From a virus: a stretch of 64,000 nucleotides of DNA. Under the pieces are notes generated by a model that made no database searches, was not told where the DNA came from, and saw nothing but the letters and a program-made list of their open reading frames with translations. Below, piece after piece: positions 19,489-29,759 of this stretch. How positions within the stretch are numbered: position 1 is the stretch's first letter; each line of letters begins with the position of its first letter. A program made the position numbers and the translations under genes. Location of the stretch: IMG/VR virus record IMGVR_UViG_3300042881_006586, one strand, 5' to 3'.

Positions 19489-21589
19489 GAAATCCTTAAT
19501 AGAAATTTATAACTTAGTTTTAGAATCAAAAAAAACTGAAGAACAGTCTTTAAACATATTGAATAAAGTCAATGTTCCTGATGCAAATAAAATTCTTGAA
19601 GATTTAAAATCAATCGACAAGTCTGATAATCAAAAGAATTTGCCTTTTATGGCAACTATTGTCACATGGAATCTTAATGATTCAAATATTATTAATAATA
19701 TGAATTCTATCTTTGAAAAGTATAATGAATTGTTAAAAAACAATAACATAAAACCTATGCTATTAACCCAAAATAAAATTACTATAGGTAATGATACTTT
19801 CAATAATTTTCTTAAATTGGCTGAACATATTGATGGAATACATACTGATTTTAGTTATATACAGAAAAGAAAAAAAGAGTCATTTATAGTATATGAAAAT
19901 GAAGATACTCCTTTGTTTAGTTCAAATGGAATAGATGTTTACGATGGAACTGAAGTTGGAAAATGTATAAAATACACTCAAGGGAGATTAACAGGTAAAA
20001 AATATAGTTTCTGTATTGGTCAACCAATGAATACAATATATCAATCATATAGAGATAAAAAAGTATCTACATTTTATTTTATTGTAGATAGAAATAGATT
20101 TAAAACAAATTCGGATGGTTCAGTAAATCTTGATGACCCATTACATATTGTTGTATTTGATATGACTAAGAATGGAATTCAATTGACAGATGCAGATAAT
20201 AAAACAGGAAATATTGCGAAATATGGAACAAATGTTCAAAGATATGTTTCCTATCTGAAATCAAAAGGAATCCCTGTAGATAAGCTTGTAAATAAACCTA
20301 AAACTCCTGAAGAGGAAAAAGAGGATAAACTTCTTGGTAAATCAAATAAATCATTAGAATGGTTTATAAAACTTCCATATGAGATGAAATCAAAATATAT
20401 AGGAAGAGGAAATGAGCTTACAGATAAACAATTTGATATCATATTTAAAGATAAATATTTATTAAATCAATATGTAAATATTGGTTCAGCTTTGCCTGAA
20501 TATCAGTTTAAAAAGTTATTTTATAATTTGCCTGCATTAAAATCTTATATAAGAACAAGGCAAATTGCTGTTAAAAATGGTAGTTCATATGAATTTTATG
20601 AACAAAATTTAACAGACGAGCAATTTGATATCATAATTAAAAATGATGATATATTAAAACAATATATAAATACAGGTTCAGCCATACCTGAATATCAATT
20701 TAAAAAGTTGTTTTATAATTTGCCTGCATATAAAACTTATATGAAAGCAAGAGCAATTGCCAATCAGAAATATTGGGATTATAATGATTATGAAATAAAT
20801 TTAACATCTGAACAATTTGATATTTTATTAAAAGATGAAGATGCATTAACATATTATTTTAATACAGGTGCTGCATTATCAGAAGATAATTTTAAAATAA
20901 TATCAGGGATACCATCATTATATAATACATATATGATAGCAAGAGGAAATATGATTAAAATTCCTTATACAGTTAATTATGATAATCATACTGATAATTA
21001 TACAAATAATGCTGCAATTAGTTATTATAAATCATATGAACTACCATTTGAATATATTGATAAATTAAAAAATATGGTTGAAAGAGGATTAGATTCTGCA
21101 CATAAGTATGCATCTAAATTAAAATTAGACGAAGAACAATTTATAGAAAAATATTATAAAAATATAACAAAGGCAAGAAAATATTATATAGGTTGGGTAG
21201 GAGAATTAGCGGATTTGTATAATGAAAGTTCAATTTTTTTAGAAGATAAAAATATTTCAGAAATAACAGATGATTTACTTAAATTAAAAAAAGCTGAATA
21301 CTTAAATTTAAGAAATAATAATATATCTTTTATACCTAAAGGGTTTTCTAATTTAAAATTAGAAGTTCTAAGTTTAGATGATAACAATTTATCTGAAATT
21401 TCTGAAGAAATATGTAATATGAAAACATTAATAGAGTTAACTTTAAGAAATAATAATATTTCAAAAATACCTGATTCTATAAAAAATCTAAGAAGATTAG
21501 AAGATTTAGACCTTAGAGGTAATCCTTTACCAAATGAGGAAATACAAAAAGTAAAGAGATTATTAAGAAAAACTGATATAAGAATATAA
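19487..21589 (+). CDS. leucine-rich-repeat protein, paralog 1
   Basis: C-terminal LxLxxNxI repeats; central domain shared with 21988; three 64-aa internal repeats. Confidence 0.85.
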   Translation: MKSLIEIYNLVLESKKTEEQSLNILNKVNVPDANKILEDLKSIDKSDNQKNLPFMATIVTWNLNDSNIINNMNSIFEKYNELLKNNNIKPMLLTQNKITIGNDTFNNFLKLAEHIDGIHTDFSYIQKRKKESFIVYENEDTPLFSSNGIDVYDGTEVGKCIKYTQGRLTGKKYSFCIGQPMNTIYQSYRDKKVSTFYFIVDRNRFKTNSDGSVNLDDPLHIVVFDMTKNGIQLTDADNKTGNIAKYGTNVQRYVSYLKSKGIPVDKLVNKPKTPEEEKEDKLLGKSNKSLEWFIKLPYEMKSKYIGRGNELTDKQFDIIFKDKYLLNQYVNIGSALPEYQFKKLFYNLPALKSYIRTRQIAVKNGSSYEFYEQNLTDEQFDIIIKNDDILKQYINTGSAIPEYQFKKLFYNLPAYKTYMKARAIANQKYWDYNDYEINLTSEQFDILLKDEDALTYYFNTGAALSEDNFKIISGIPSLYNTYMIARGNMIKIPYTVNYDNHTDNYTNNAAISYYKSYELPFEYIDKLKNMVERGLDSAHKYASKLKLDEEQFIEKYYKNITKARKYYIGWVGELADLYNESSIFLEDKNISEITDDLLKLKKAEYLNLRNNNISFIPKGFSNLKLEVLSLDDNNLSEISEEICNMKTLIELTLRNNNISKIPDSIKNLRRLEDLDLRGNPLPNEEIQKVKRLLRKTDIRI
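20417..20945 (+). repeat. three tandem 192-bp (64-aa) intragenic repeats
   Basis: LT(D/S)xQFDI units start at 20417, 20609 and 20801. Confidence 0.85.
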
Positions 21590-21622
21590 AAATTAAAGGC
21601 ATTAATTAAAACCTATAAAATA

Positions 21623-21985
21623 ATGGAATTTTTTATTAAACAAAAAGCCACTCTTCCTTATTTGGAATTAGAATTAGTTGAAGATGGGTATAGCGACAAA
21701 AGTAATTTCTTTGATAAACTTCAAAATGCACTTGTAACATTTTCTATGGAAAGTGTTGAAGGCTGCGTTAAGAATATTGTCTGCAGACCTATGGAAGTTA
21801 TCGAAGATGATTGCGGTAAATACTGTGCTAATTGTCAAAAGAAATTCAAAATTATTTACAAATGGAGAGAAAGAGATACTTTGAATAAAGGTAGGTTCTT
21901 AGCAAATATTGAAATTGATTTCCTTGATGGATGTGGTAAATTAATTGTACCAATACGAGAAAAATTATATGTAAGTATTATATAA
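21623..21985 (+). CDS. BppU-N-like virion/baseplate adaptor domain protein
   Basis: FFIKQKATLPYL...VTFSM...YKWRERDT...G.F...LIVPI. Confidence 0.55.
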   Translation: MEFFIKQKATLPYLELELVEDGYSDKSNFFDKLQNALVTFSMESVEGCVKNIVCRPMEVIEDDCGKYCANCQKKFKIIYKWRERDTLNKGRFLANIEIDFLDGCGKLIVPIREKLYVSII

Positions 21986-21988
21986 AAA
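21896..21988 (+). repeat. 93-bp direct repeat, copy 1 (3' end of the 21623 gene)
   Basis: 3 mismatches versus 23620-23712. Confidence 0.9.
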
Positions 21989-23583
21989 TGAAATCCTTAA
22001 TAGAAATTTATAACTTAGTTTTAGAATCAAAAAAAACTGAAGAACAAGCACAAGATATACTGCTAAAATCTAAATTTTCTGAAGAAGAAATTTTTAAAAT
22101 AATAAATGAATTAAAAAAAATTGATACTTCAGAAAATCAAAAATACCTCCCAATGATGGCAACAGTTTTTTCTTGGGGAGAAAAAAATTATGAAACAATT
22201 AAAGATATTTTTGATGATTATGATGAATTATTTTTAAATAATAATATTGGTAAAATGTTTTCATCTAATATGAGAATTAAAATCTTAGAAAAAGATGGTA
22301 AAGAAAAGGAATTTAACGATTTTCTAAAATTTACTGAATATATTCACGGAATTAGAGATAATGCTTATAAAAAGAAATATGGTTATTCTTATGAAGAATA
22401 TAAATCTGAAGATACCCCTATATTAAGTTCAAATGGAATAGATATTTATGAAGCTAATAGTGTAGGGAAATGTATAAAATACACTCAAGGAAAATTAACA
22501 GGTAAATATTATAGTTTTTGTATTGGTCAACCAATGAATACAATGTATCAATCATATAGAGATAAAAAAGTATCTACATTTTATTTTATTGTTGATAGAA
22601 ATAGATTCAAAACAAATTCAAATGGGTCTGTAAATCTTGATGACCCATTACATATTGTTGTATTGGATGTTACATCATACGGTATTGAATTAACAGATGC
22701 AAATAATACAACAGGAAAAGTGGCTGAATATGGTACAAATGTTGATGGATATGTTTCATATTTAAAATCAAAAGGAATCCCTGTAGATAGACTTGTAAAT
22801 AAACCAAAAACTCCTGAAGAAAAAGAAGAAGAAGAACTTCTTGGTAATACAAATGATTCTTTAGAGTGGTTTATGCAATTACCTTATGAAATGAAATCAA
22901 AATATATAGGAAGGGGGCATAAGCTTACAGATGAACAATTTGATATTATTTTATCTGATAAAAAATTATTAAATCAATATTTAAATATAGGTAATACTTT
23001 ATCTGATAGTCAATTTAAAATAATAGAAAATATTCCTTCTGCATTGAATAGTTATATAAAAAGTAGAAAAATTGCTATTTCAAATGGAGAAAAAGTTTCT
23101 TTAGTTGAATTGGATTATTTGCCTTTAGAAACTATAGATGATATTAAATTAATTGATTCTAATCATCCTTTTAGTGATTTTGGAAATAAAAAATTAAAAG
23201 AAATACCTGATTCTATTAGAAATTTAAGGAATTTAATAACTTTAAAATTTATATCTAATGGTATTGAAGAAATACCTGATTGGATAGATGAGTTAAAATA
23301 TTTATCATATATATATTTATCTAATAATAAAATACAGAACTTACCTGAATCAATTACTAATTTAAAATATTTAACAGAATTAGATTTGTCAAATAATAAT
23401 ATTAGAGAATTACCTAATTCGTTCAAAAAATTAACCTCTTTAAAAAAATTAATCCTTTTTGGAAATGAAATCCCTGAAGAAAAAATTATAATTTTAAAAG
23501 AATTATTACCAACGTGCGAAATAGTATATGAACAAAAAGATTTTAATCAATGGAAAAGAAAACAAAGAAGGAGGACAATTTAA
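21988..23583 (+). CDS. leucine-rich-repeat protein, paralog 2
   Basis: first ~59 nt identical to 19487; shared core; C-terminal LRRs. Confidence 0.85.
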   Translation: MKSLIEIYNLVLESKKTEEQAQDILLKSKFSEEEIFKIINELKKIDTSENQKYLPMMATVFSWGEKNYETIKDIFDDYDELFLNNNIGKMFSSNMRIKILEKDGKEKEFNDFLKFTEYIHGIRDNAYKKKYGYSYEEYKSEDTPILSSNGIDIYEANSVGKCIKYTQGKLTGKYYSFCIGQPMNTMYQSYRDKKVSTFYFIVDRNRFKTNSNGSVNLDDPLHIVVLDVTSYGIELTDANNTTGKVAEYGTNVDGYVSYLKSKGIPVDRLVNKPKTPEEKEEEELLGNTNDSLEWFMQLPYEMKSKYIGRGHKLTDEQFDIILSDKKLLNQYLNIGNTLSDSQFKIIENIPSALNSYIKSRKIAISNGEKVSLVELDYLPLETIDDIKLIDSNHPFSDFGNKKLKEIPDSIRNLRNLITLKFISNGIEEIPDWIDELKYLSYIYLSNNKIQNLPESITNLKYLTELDLSNNNIRELPNSFKKLTSLKKLILFGNEIPEEKIIILKELLPTCEIVYEQKDFNQWKRKQRRRTI

Positions 23584-23600
23584 CGAGTTACCTTTTTCAT

Positions 23601-23712
23601 TTTAAACAAAAATATAAGATTCTTAGCGAATATTGAAATTGATTTCCTTGATGGGTGTGGTAAATTAATTATACCAATACGAGAAAAATTATATGTAAGT
23701 ATTATATAAAAA
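23601..23712. pseudogene. chimeric junction scar: polB 3' end fused to the 3' end of the 21623 gene
   Basis: 23601-23618 = 24113-24130; 23620-23712 = 21896-21988. Confidence 0.8.
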
Positions 23713-23739
23713 AAACCGCTCAATTGAGCGGTTTTTTTT
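23708..23739. terminator. bidirectional intrinsic terminator
   Basis: A8-CCGCTCAATTGAGCGG-T8 between convergent genes. Confidence 0.85.
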
Positions 23740-23741
23740 GT

Positions 23742-24065
23742 TTAGTGAAATTTGATAAATTCTTCATCATCACCATAAATTTGTACACCTTTGCGCAAAT
23801 ATTCATCATTTTTTAAATCATATATAGATACAATTTCAGGTCTTTTAGATTCCATTTTTCCTTCAAACATATCATTAAGTATATCTTCTGCTTCAAAAAA
23901 AACATCACGAGAATCTGTAAATTTTTCATATATAAAAAAAGTATCATTCAATATAGATTCTTCATTACGATAAGAATATTCTACCTCATAATAAGGAGTT
24001 TTATTAGTTTCCTCTTTAATAATTCTTTTTACAAGCTGTCTGAGTTCATTTAATGTTATTTTCAT
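23742..24065 (-). CDS. small accessory protein with its own late motif
   Basis: MKITLNELRQLVKRIIKEE leader; ATATTTAT at 24083-24090 on -. Confidence 0.7.
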   Translation of the reverse strand: MKITLNELRQLVKRIIKEETNKTPYYEVEYSYRNEESILNDTFFIYEKFTDSRDVFFEAEDILNDMFEGKMESKRPEIVSIYDLKNDEYLRKGVQIYGDDEEFIKFH

Positions 24066-24113
24066 AGTATTATTTTTTAATAATAAATATTATTCAAAAT
24101 AAAAAAAAACCAT

Positions 24114-27100
24114 TTAAACAAAAATATAAGGTGGATTTTCATTGTCAATATAAAATTGTTCTCCAATGAATCTTATCAATTCTACTCCTGTATATATTTT
24201 TTCATTAGGATTCAAAATTGATTCATTTGAGAATTCTCTTACTTCTAAAGAATTACTATCAAATGTATACATTCTATCAACAAACACATCTTTATAATCA
24301 AAAGGTGAATTTGGTGAAAGGTTAGCCATATCCCAAAATTCATATTCTTCATCCGTGATAATCATCAGTTCATTCATATCTTGTTGTTTATCTTCTTTAC
24401 CATCAAGAGGATACCCATGAACCAATTGGATTTCATCATCAGTAAACCAAGCTCTTTCATTTGCTTCTCTTTTGTACATTTTGTTAGGAGAAGGTATTTT
24501 GCTTCTGATATCAGGATGGAATACAATCCATATCTGTTCCAAAGCCTTGTTTAGCTTATTGATATACTTCATTGCATTATACTTCATTTTTGCATCCAAT
24601 TTATCATTTGGTACATAAGAGCAATAAAGAACATCTTTTTCGGTAATTACTTCTATGATGGTGATTTCACCATCTTTTTTGGTTTTCTTTTTCTTTATTT
24701 TGAATTTGATAGCATCAACATCTAATATTGATTCTAAATTGGTTTGTTTTGATACCTTTGCCTTTTTGGTTAATCCGTTTATATCTGAAAATTTTTGAAA
24801 AGTTGAATTGAAAAAGAATGTATCTTCATTGTAACATTTTTCGATTACATTCTTTAAATTTTCTTTTCCATCACTCAAATATTTTTCAAGTTTTTTCTGA
24901 GCAATTTCCGCAGCTTTTTCTCCTACAATAAAATAACCGATAGTATCTTTAACAGTGGCTCTGTCAGCTTCTTCTGCAGCATCATTATCATTGATGTAAT
25001 AAATCCAATCCCCAATTTCTACTTGCAAATTATTTTTGACTGCAAGCTCCATATGAGCTTGTTTATTGTATCTTCCTTCAAAAACACCTTTTTTATAATC
25101 ATCTAATGCCTTTTTGACTTTCATTTTACTTGCAATCTTTCTTGCAATCAAATCTCCATTATAGATTTTTTTGATATAAGTGTAATAGGCATCCAAGAAT
25201 TTTGTAGGATTGTTCAAAAGCAAATCTAAAAGGTTGGCATCATAAAAATCTACGATATATTCACTTTGCTTTTTATTGACAAGTCCGCCTCCAACATGGG
25301 AAATTTTATACTTTCCTTTGGATTCTTTTACATAAGTGAAATTACCTTTAGAAAAATTGACACAGGAGACAGCAAATTCATCAATTGCAACACCTGTATA
25401 GCCAATCATAAATTTATCGTTGTATTCCGCCACGAAAGCCTCTATACCACTATAAGCTTTATCTTTTTCTGTTAACCAAGACTTGCCTGTGCCAACATAA
25501 GAATAATTTTCGATTCCTTTAGGAATAACAAAGTTTGCTCCATCTGTATGGAAATATACAATTTTAAACCCATCCTTACCGAAATATTTAATCATATGGC
25601 GCATATTCTGTCTACTTGCACATGTAATATGCCAAGCACTTTGAATATGGCAGAATGGAGAAACATCAGGAGCACCTAACATTCCATAGAAACTATTAAT
25701 AAGAATTTTCAATGGAAGCTGTTTTTTATCATAGAACTGCTCCATTTCGCTATTCTTTTCTTTCTTAGCTTTATTCTTCATGTCTTTATAATGAAGTCTA
25801 CTTCTAAGAGCATATTCAAGAACCGATTTGTACACATTTGTAATATCTATATCAGGATTTTTACAATGTGCCAAAAATGTTGCAGGATATTGAGAAGAAA
25901 AGTCGATTTTTACAATATCCTCATGATAACCTGAATCAACCATCCCAAGAAGCCCTCCTGTATATTTCTTAGGTTTTTCATAGTCAGGAATAGCTGCACA
26001 ATTCAAATATGACCAAGCTGATAATATCAATTTCCATACAGTCGCATTTCCTGTAGTTGAAACTTTCTCATAAGAAGTCGGCAACCATTTCGCAAGAGAA
26101 AATGTCGCTTGAGAATAAAGGCTATCGAGCAGATATGGTTCATCTAAGTCATCAGAAAGATATCGTTGAACAATATAAGAACCACTTACAGTTTGATGCT
26201 TGTCAAAATCAATATGCTTATAAAAACTTTTTACATCTTTTAAGTTTTCAATCAATTCTTTACAATTGGAAACAAAATATTTCCAAAGAACCGTATTTTT
26301 TAATTCTGAACCAAAATTTTCAATAGGAACAACCAATTCATCATAATCTACAATCTTTTCATAGATTTTTTCGAATTCTGTATCTAATAAATCCCCATCA
26401 GAAATCAATTTGCCATTTTCATGGATTTGAATTGTAAATACATTGAAGCATTTATCTAAGAGAGGAATATCATTATATTCATTTGAACATCTAAGATATA
26501 TTTTTTTGATATTTCCGTAAAAATGTCCTTTTTCACCCTCATGTATTTTTTCAGAAGAAAAAAGAGATTCTTTTGAGATTTCTTTGCTTGATACAAAGTA
26601 AGAACCATCCTCATCATTGAAATAATAAGGTCTTTTATCTGAAGAAATTTTTCCAATTAAATCCCCTTGAACATAAACACGATTCTTCTTAGCAAGATTG
26701 GCATGTTTGATGTTATCTTTCAATTTGGCGTTAGGCAAAGACTTATCTTGTTCTGCAGCTCTTTTTACTGCAAACATAACATCACAGAAGTTTTTACCAA
26801 ACATTTTAGTTTGAGTATATCTTTCTGTTGTACCACCAATTTTTACTACTGAATTTTCTATTTTATAGTAAGTAAAATAGTTATATACCTTTCCATAAGT
26901 TTGATAAGCTTCTGCTACAGTATTTCTTATGTATTGTAATGCAGTTTTTTTACCTGCTTCACCATTTCTTCCATTTTCTTCTGCAACACATCCTAAAAGC
27001 TCCAATCGCTTTTCCATAAAAGGAAAATCGAAATCTTCACCATTATAAGTTAGAATTAAATCAGGGTCAAGTTCTGCGATTATTTTATATGATTCTGTGA

Positions 27101-28448
27101 GAATTGCAATTTCTTCCTTGTCATTATCTGCACTCAATAATTTCAAATATCCATCGGTAGTCTTGATACCTATTTCGAAAATTCTACCAAGTTCAGGTCT
27201 TAGTGCAGCTATTTCAATTTCCTCATTACCTTTTTGAGCCTTTGTTTCAATATCTAATATTAGAACATTTAAATCCTCATAGTTTTCAATCCCTTTGAAA
27301 AGCCTTCTGCCTGTTTGAATCATATATTGCTCAAGAGGCTGCAAAGAATAGATTTGGGATTCGATATTGTAAGTAAAGGAACAACCTAAACTTTGGATAT
27401 AATATTTTAAATCGTTCTTATCTAAGTTGTCATCAAAAGTATAACAATCGATAACAAGTTTATTTAATTTATCTTCATCCAATTTTATTTTGAAAGCTTG
27501 CTTGATTGTAGGCAAATTTTCAATTAGTGCATTATAAACACTACTAAAGTCTTTATCAATTAAATCATTAATAAAGGTCTTATTTATTTTGAACGCTATG
27601 GATGGGTATATCTTTTTGTAAAGATTGATAATTGTATCAAAATTTACTGAATCTTTTGTAAATGGGTTAAAATAATCTCTAAACCTATAAAGACTTATAT
27701 AGAAATAAATTAAACTGTTTAAATCTTCAGAAATATAGTTTACAAACTCTTTTAGCTTGAAATCATCCAAATAAATGTTTCCTCTTGAAGAAAGACCTGC
27801 TTCTTTGAAGAAGTCAACTAAATTCACATAAGAACCAACGATTTTTCTTTGGAAGTAAGGATTATCACTGATGACAGGATTTTCTCTTTGGGATTTGATG
27901 GTAATTTTATACTTAAATCCCTCTTCAATACGTTTTACAATTGAATCATCAAAAGAAGTTATCTGTTCTTCGATTTGAATTCCGTATAATTTTTGCTTTT
28001 TGGTTACAATCGCAGACCATTCTTCAAAACTTTCAATTTTATATCTAATAACATATTTGTCATCAGTTTTTTCAATTATTCTTACTTCGTTGCCATCGAT
28101 ATCTTTTACTTTTCCATTTGGCAAAAGTACTTGATTTTTAGACACCTTTCTCGAATCTAAAGTAACTATATTGTATCTAAAAAAAGATGAAGTTTTGAAT
28201 TGCTTACTCCATACAAAGGGGACTAATCCATTCTTATGAGTTACTCTTGGAGTACCATTTTGAAAGGCTTTACAAAAGATAATATCGACATCGTTATTAT
28301 TTCTTGATGTTTCTATTGAACGTATGCCCAACATCTCATCACCAAAAATTTCTTTTTCATAACTACCATTCAAAAAATCAACAATTACTTGTTCATTGAT
28401 TGTAGGTTGAGTTCTTTTACTTTTTGGTTTGAAAATATTGAATTGCAT
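24114..28448 (-). CDS. polB: family B DNA polymerase with large insertions
   Basis: ExoI LDIET, ExoII YNGEDFD, ExoIII YLSDD; motif A DFSSQYP, B KILINSFYG, C YFHTDG. Confidence 0.9.
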   Translation of the reverse strand: MQFNIFKPKSKRTQPTINEQVIVDFLNGSYEKEIFGDEMLGIRSIETSRNNNDVDIIFCKAFQNGTPRVTHKNGLVPFVWSKQFKTSSFFRYNIVTLDSRKVSKNQVLLPNGKVKDIDGNEVRIIEKTDDKYVIRYKIESFEEWSAIVTKKQKLYGIQIEEQITSFDDSIVKRIEEGFKYKITIKSQRENPVISDNPYFQRKIVGSYVNLVDFFKEAGLSSRGNIYLDDFKLKEFVNYISEDLNSLIYFYISLYRFRDYFNPFTKDSVNFDTIINLYKKIYPSIAFKINKTFINDLIDKDFSSVYNALIENLPTIKQAFKIKLDEDKLNKLVIDCYTFDDNLDKNDLKYYIQSLGCSFTYNIESQIYSLQPLEQYMIQTGRRLFKGIENYEDLNVLILDIETKAQKGNEEIEIAALRPELGRIFEIGIKTTDGYLKLLSADNDKEEIAILTESYKIIAELDPDLILTYNGEDFDFPFMEKRLELLGCVAEENGRNGEAGKKTALQYIRNTVAEAYQTYGKVYNYFTYYKIENSVVKIGGTTERYTQTKMFGKNFCDVMFAVKRAAEQDKSLPNAKLKDNIKHANLAKKNRVYVQGDLIGKISSDKRPYYFNDEDGSYFVSSKEISKESLFSSEKIHEGEKGHFYGNIKKIYLRCSNEYNDIPLLDKCFNVFTIQIHENGKLISDGDLLDTEFEKIYEKIVDYDELVVPIENFGSELKNTVLWKYFVSNCKELIENLKDVKSFYKHIDFDKHQTVSGSYIVQRYLSDDLDEPYLLDSLYSQATFSLAKWLPTSYEKVSTTGNATVWKLILSAWSYLNCAAIPDYEKPKKYTGGLLGMVDSGYHEDIVKIDFSSQYPATFLAHCKNPDIDITNVYKSVLEYALRSRLHYKDMKNKAKKEKNSEMEQFYDKKQLPLKILINSFYGMLGAPDVSPFCHIQSAWHITCASRQNMRHMIKYFGKDGFKIVYFHTDGANFVIPKGIENYSYVGTGKSWLTEKDKAYSGIEAFVAEYNDKFMIGYTGVAIDEFAVSCVNFSKGNFTYVKESKGKYKISHVGGGLVNKKQSEYIVDFYDANLLDLLLNNPTKFLDAYYTYIKKIYNGDLIARKIASKMKVKKALDDYKKGVFEGRYNKQAHMELAVKNNLQVEIGDWIYYINDNDAAEEADRATVKDTIGYFIVGEKAAEIAQKKLEKYLSDGKENLKNVIEKCYNEDTFFFNSTFQKFSDINGLTKKAKVSKQTNLESILDVDAIKFKIKKKKTKKDGEITIIEVITEKDVLYCSYVPNDKLDAKMKYNAMKYINKLNKALEQIWIVFHPDIRSKIPSPNKMYKREANERAWFTDDEIQLVHGYPLDGKEDKQQDMNELMIITDEEYEFWDMANLSPNSPFDYKDVFVDRMYTFDSNSLEVREFSNESILNPNEKIYTGVELIRFIGEQFYIDNENPPYIFV

Positions 28449-28482
28449 AAGTTGGGAATGATATTAAGTTGATTAATCTTCA

Positions 28483-28513
28483 CAAAGATATAAAAAAAAC
28501 ACCAAATCTCAAA
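28483..28513 (-). promoter_or_regulatory. Bacteroidota-type primary-sigma promoter for polB
   Basis: TTTG-19nt-TATCTTTG on the minus strand. Confidence 0.6.
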
Positions 28514-28534
28514 GAAACTTGGTGTTTTTTTTTT
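28492..28534 (-). terminator. hairpin terminator after the neck gene
   Basis: A-run CACCAA...TTGGTG T-run. Confidence 0.55.
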
Positions 28535-29745
28535 CATATGACCCAAAATCCGTTTGGATTTTTACTTAGGATTTTATTTAAGTCTTCGGCTTCTTTTGCT
28601 CGTTTCTCCATTATTTTCTCTCTTGTCATTTCATCGAGCCATGCTTTGAGGGTTTCTGTTAATTTTAATTTTTCTTCTTTTCCTTCTGCAAGCAATGAAT
28701 CATAATCCAATTCTCCATCTGCTTCAGGAAATGGTAATTTTCCTTTGAATTTACCTCTTGCTCTTCCTAAAGCTTCTTTTGCAAGAGCAGTCAAAAATTT
28801 TCTCACCCATACTTTGCTTGGGCTATTTAAATCACAAAAATCTGTCATAGTCATTGGAACATCAGATGGATACTTGATAATATCTGCACATTCCTCAAGA
28901 CATTTATTTTTTTCTTCGGCATTCATTTCAGTTGTATCATAATAGTGATACCAAACTTTCATACCGTATAATTCTTTTCTGATACCGATTAAATCCTTCT
29001 TCTCAGGAGTTGAATACAAATGAATCAAGTGTGTTCCATTTGCACCTGCGGTTATCTTATAAGTCAAATCTGACCTCAATATTCTATTTTTCAATCCGAA
29101 ATCCGCAGCTCTTGCAACAATATCATAGGCAGGTGCGATATAGTATGCGCCATTTAAAATATTATAACCTGAACCACCCCATCCAACTGCACCTGTAACA
29201 CCTACTCCATTTAAAATTGTACCGTATCCTAAAGAAGCAAAAGTTGCATGAGTAATATCTGATGGAGTCAACCACATAACTTGATTGATTTCTCTTCCTG
29301 CAGGCACTTCATAAACCATTTTACCTTCTTCAAGATAAAAATAATCTTTTTTGAGTTCAAAATTACCTCTTGATTGTAATCCTACCTGTTTTGAATAGGC
29401 TTGAGCAAATTGCAATTCATAGTCGAAAGAACGTTGAGTTAAAGCAAAACACATATCGTTTTGTGTTAAAGACTTACCATTCAAAGAACTCCATTGATTT
29501 TGTATCAACCACATTTGAACATCCGAAATATATTCTTCAACTGCAAATTTTAATAATGAACACCATGCTTGAGATGTTAATTCAATTTTTACAATACCAC
29601 CGCTAAGAAGATTTTTGATATCTTCAACCAAACATTGTTTTTCTGCATTTGAAAGACAATCTTGTACGTTATAGTTCTGATGAAATTCTGATGGAGTTTT
29701 TTTATGATTTGCTCCTACAAAAGAATCAAGATTTTTGTAATCCAT
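28534..29745 (-). CDS. neck protein, T4 gp13-like
   Basis: IELTSQ...AVEEY; C-terminal LAKEALGRARGKF...LLAEGKEEK. Confidence 0.7.
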   Translation of the reverse strand: MDYKNLDSFVGANHKKTPSEFHQNYNVQDCLSNAEKQCLVEDIKNLLSGGIVKIELTSQAWCSLLKFAVEEYISDVQMWLIQNQWSSLNGKSLTQNDMCFALTQRSFDYELQFAQAYSKQVGLQSRGNFELKKDYFYLEEGKMVYEVPAGREINQVMWLTPSDITHATFASLGYGTILNGVGVTGAVGWGGSGYNILNGAYYIAPAYDIVARAADFGLKNRILRSDLTYKITAGANGTHLIHLYSTPEKKDLIGIRKELYGMKVWYHYYDTTEMNAEEKNKCLEECADIIKYPSDVPMTMTDFCDLNSPSKVWVRKFLTALAKEALGRARGKFKGKLPFPEADGELDYDSLLAEGKEEKLKLTETLKAWLDEMTREKIMEKRAKEAEDLNKILSKNPNGFWVI

Positions 29746-29759
29746 ATTTATTTTTTATT

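Noticed and set aside
18732-23712. Diversity-generating retroelement or transposon explanation for the repeats
   Set aside because: No reverse transcriptase, transposase or integrase in the window; the repeats are gene-end duplications with only three mismatches each, too few to show DGR-type mutagenesis
24114-28448. Inteins as the cause of the oversized PolB
   Set aside because: The insertions lack C/S...HN splice junctions and LAGLIDADG motifs
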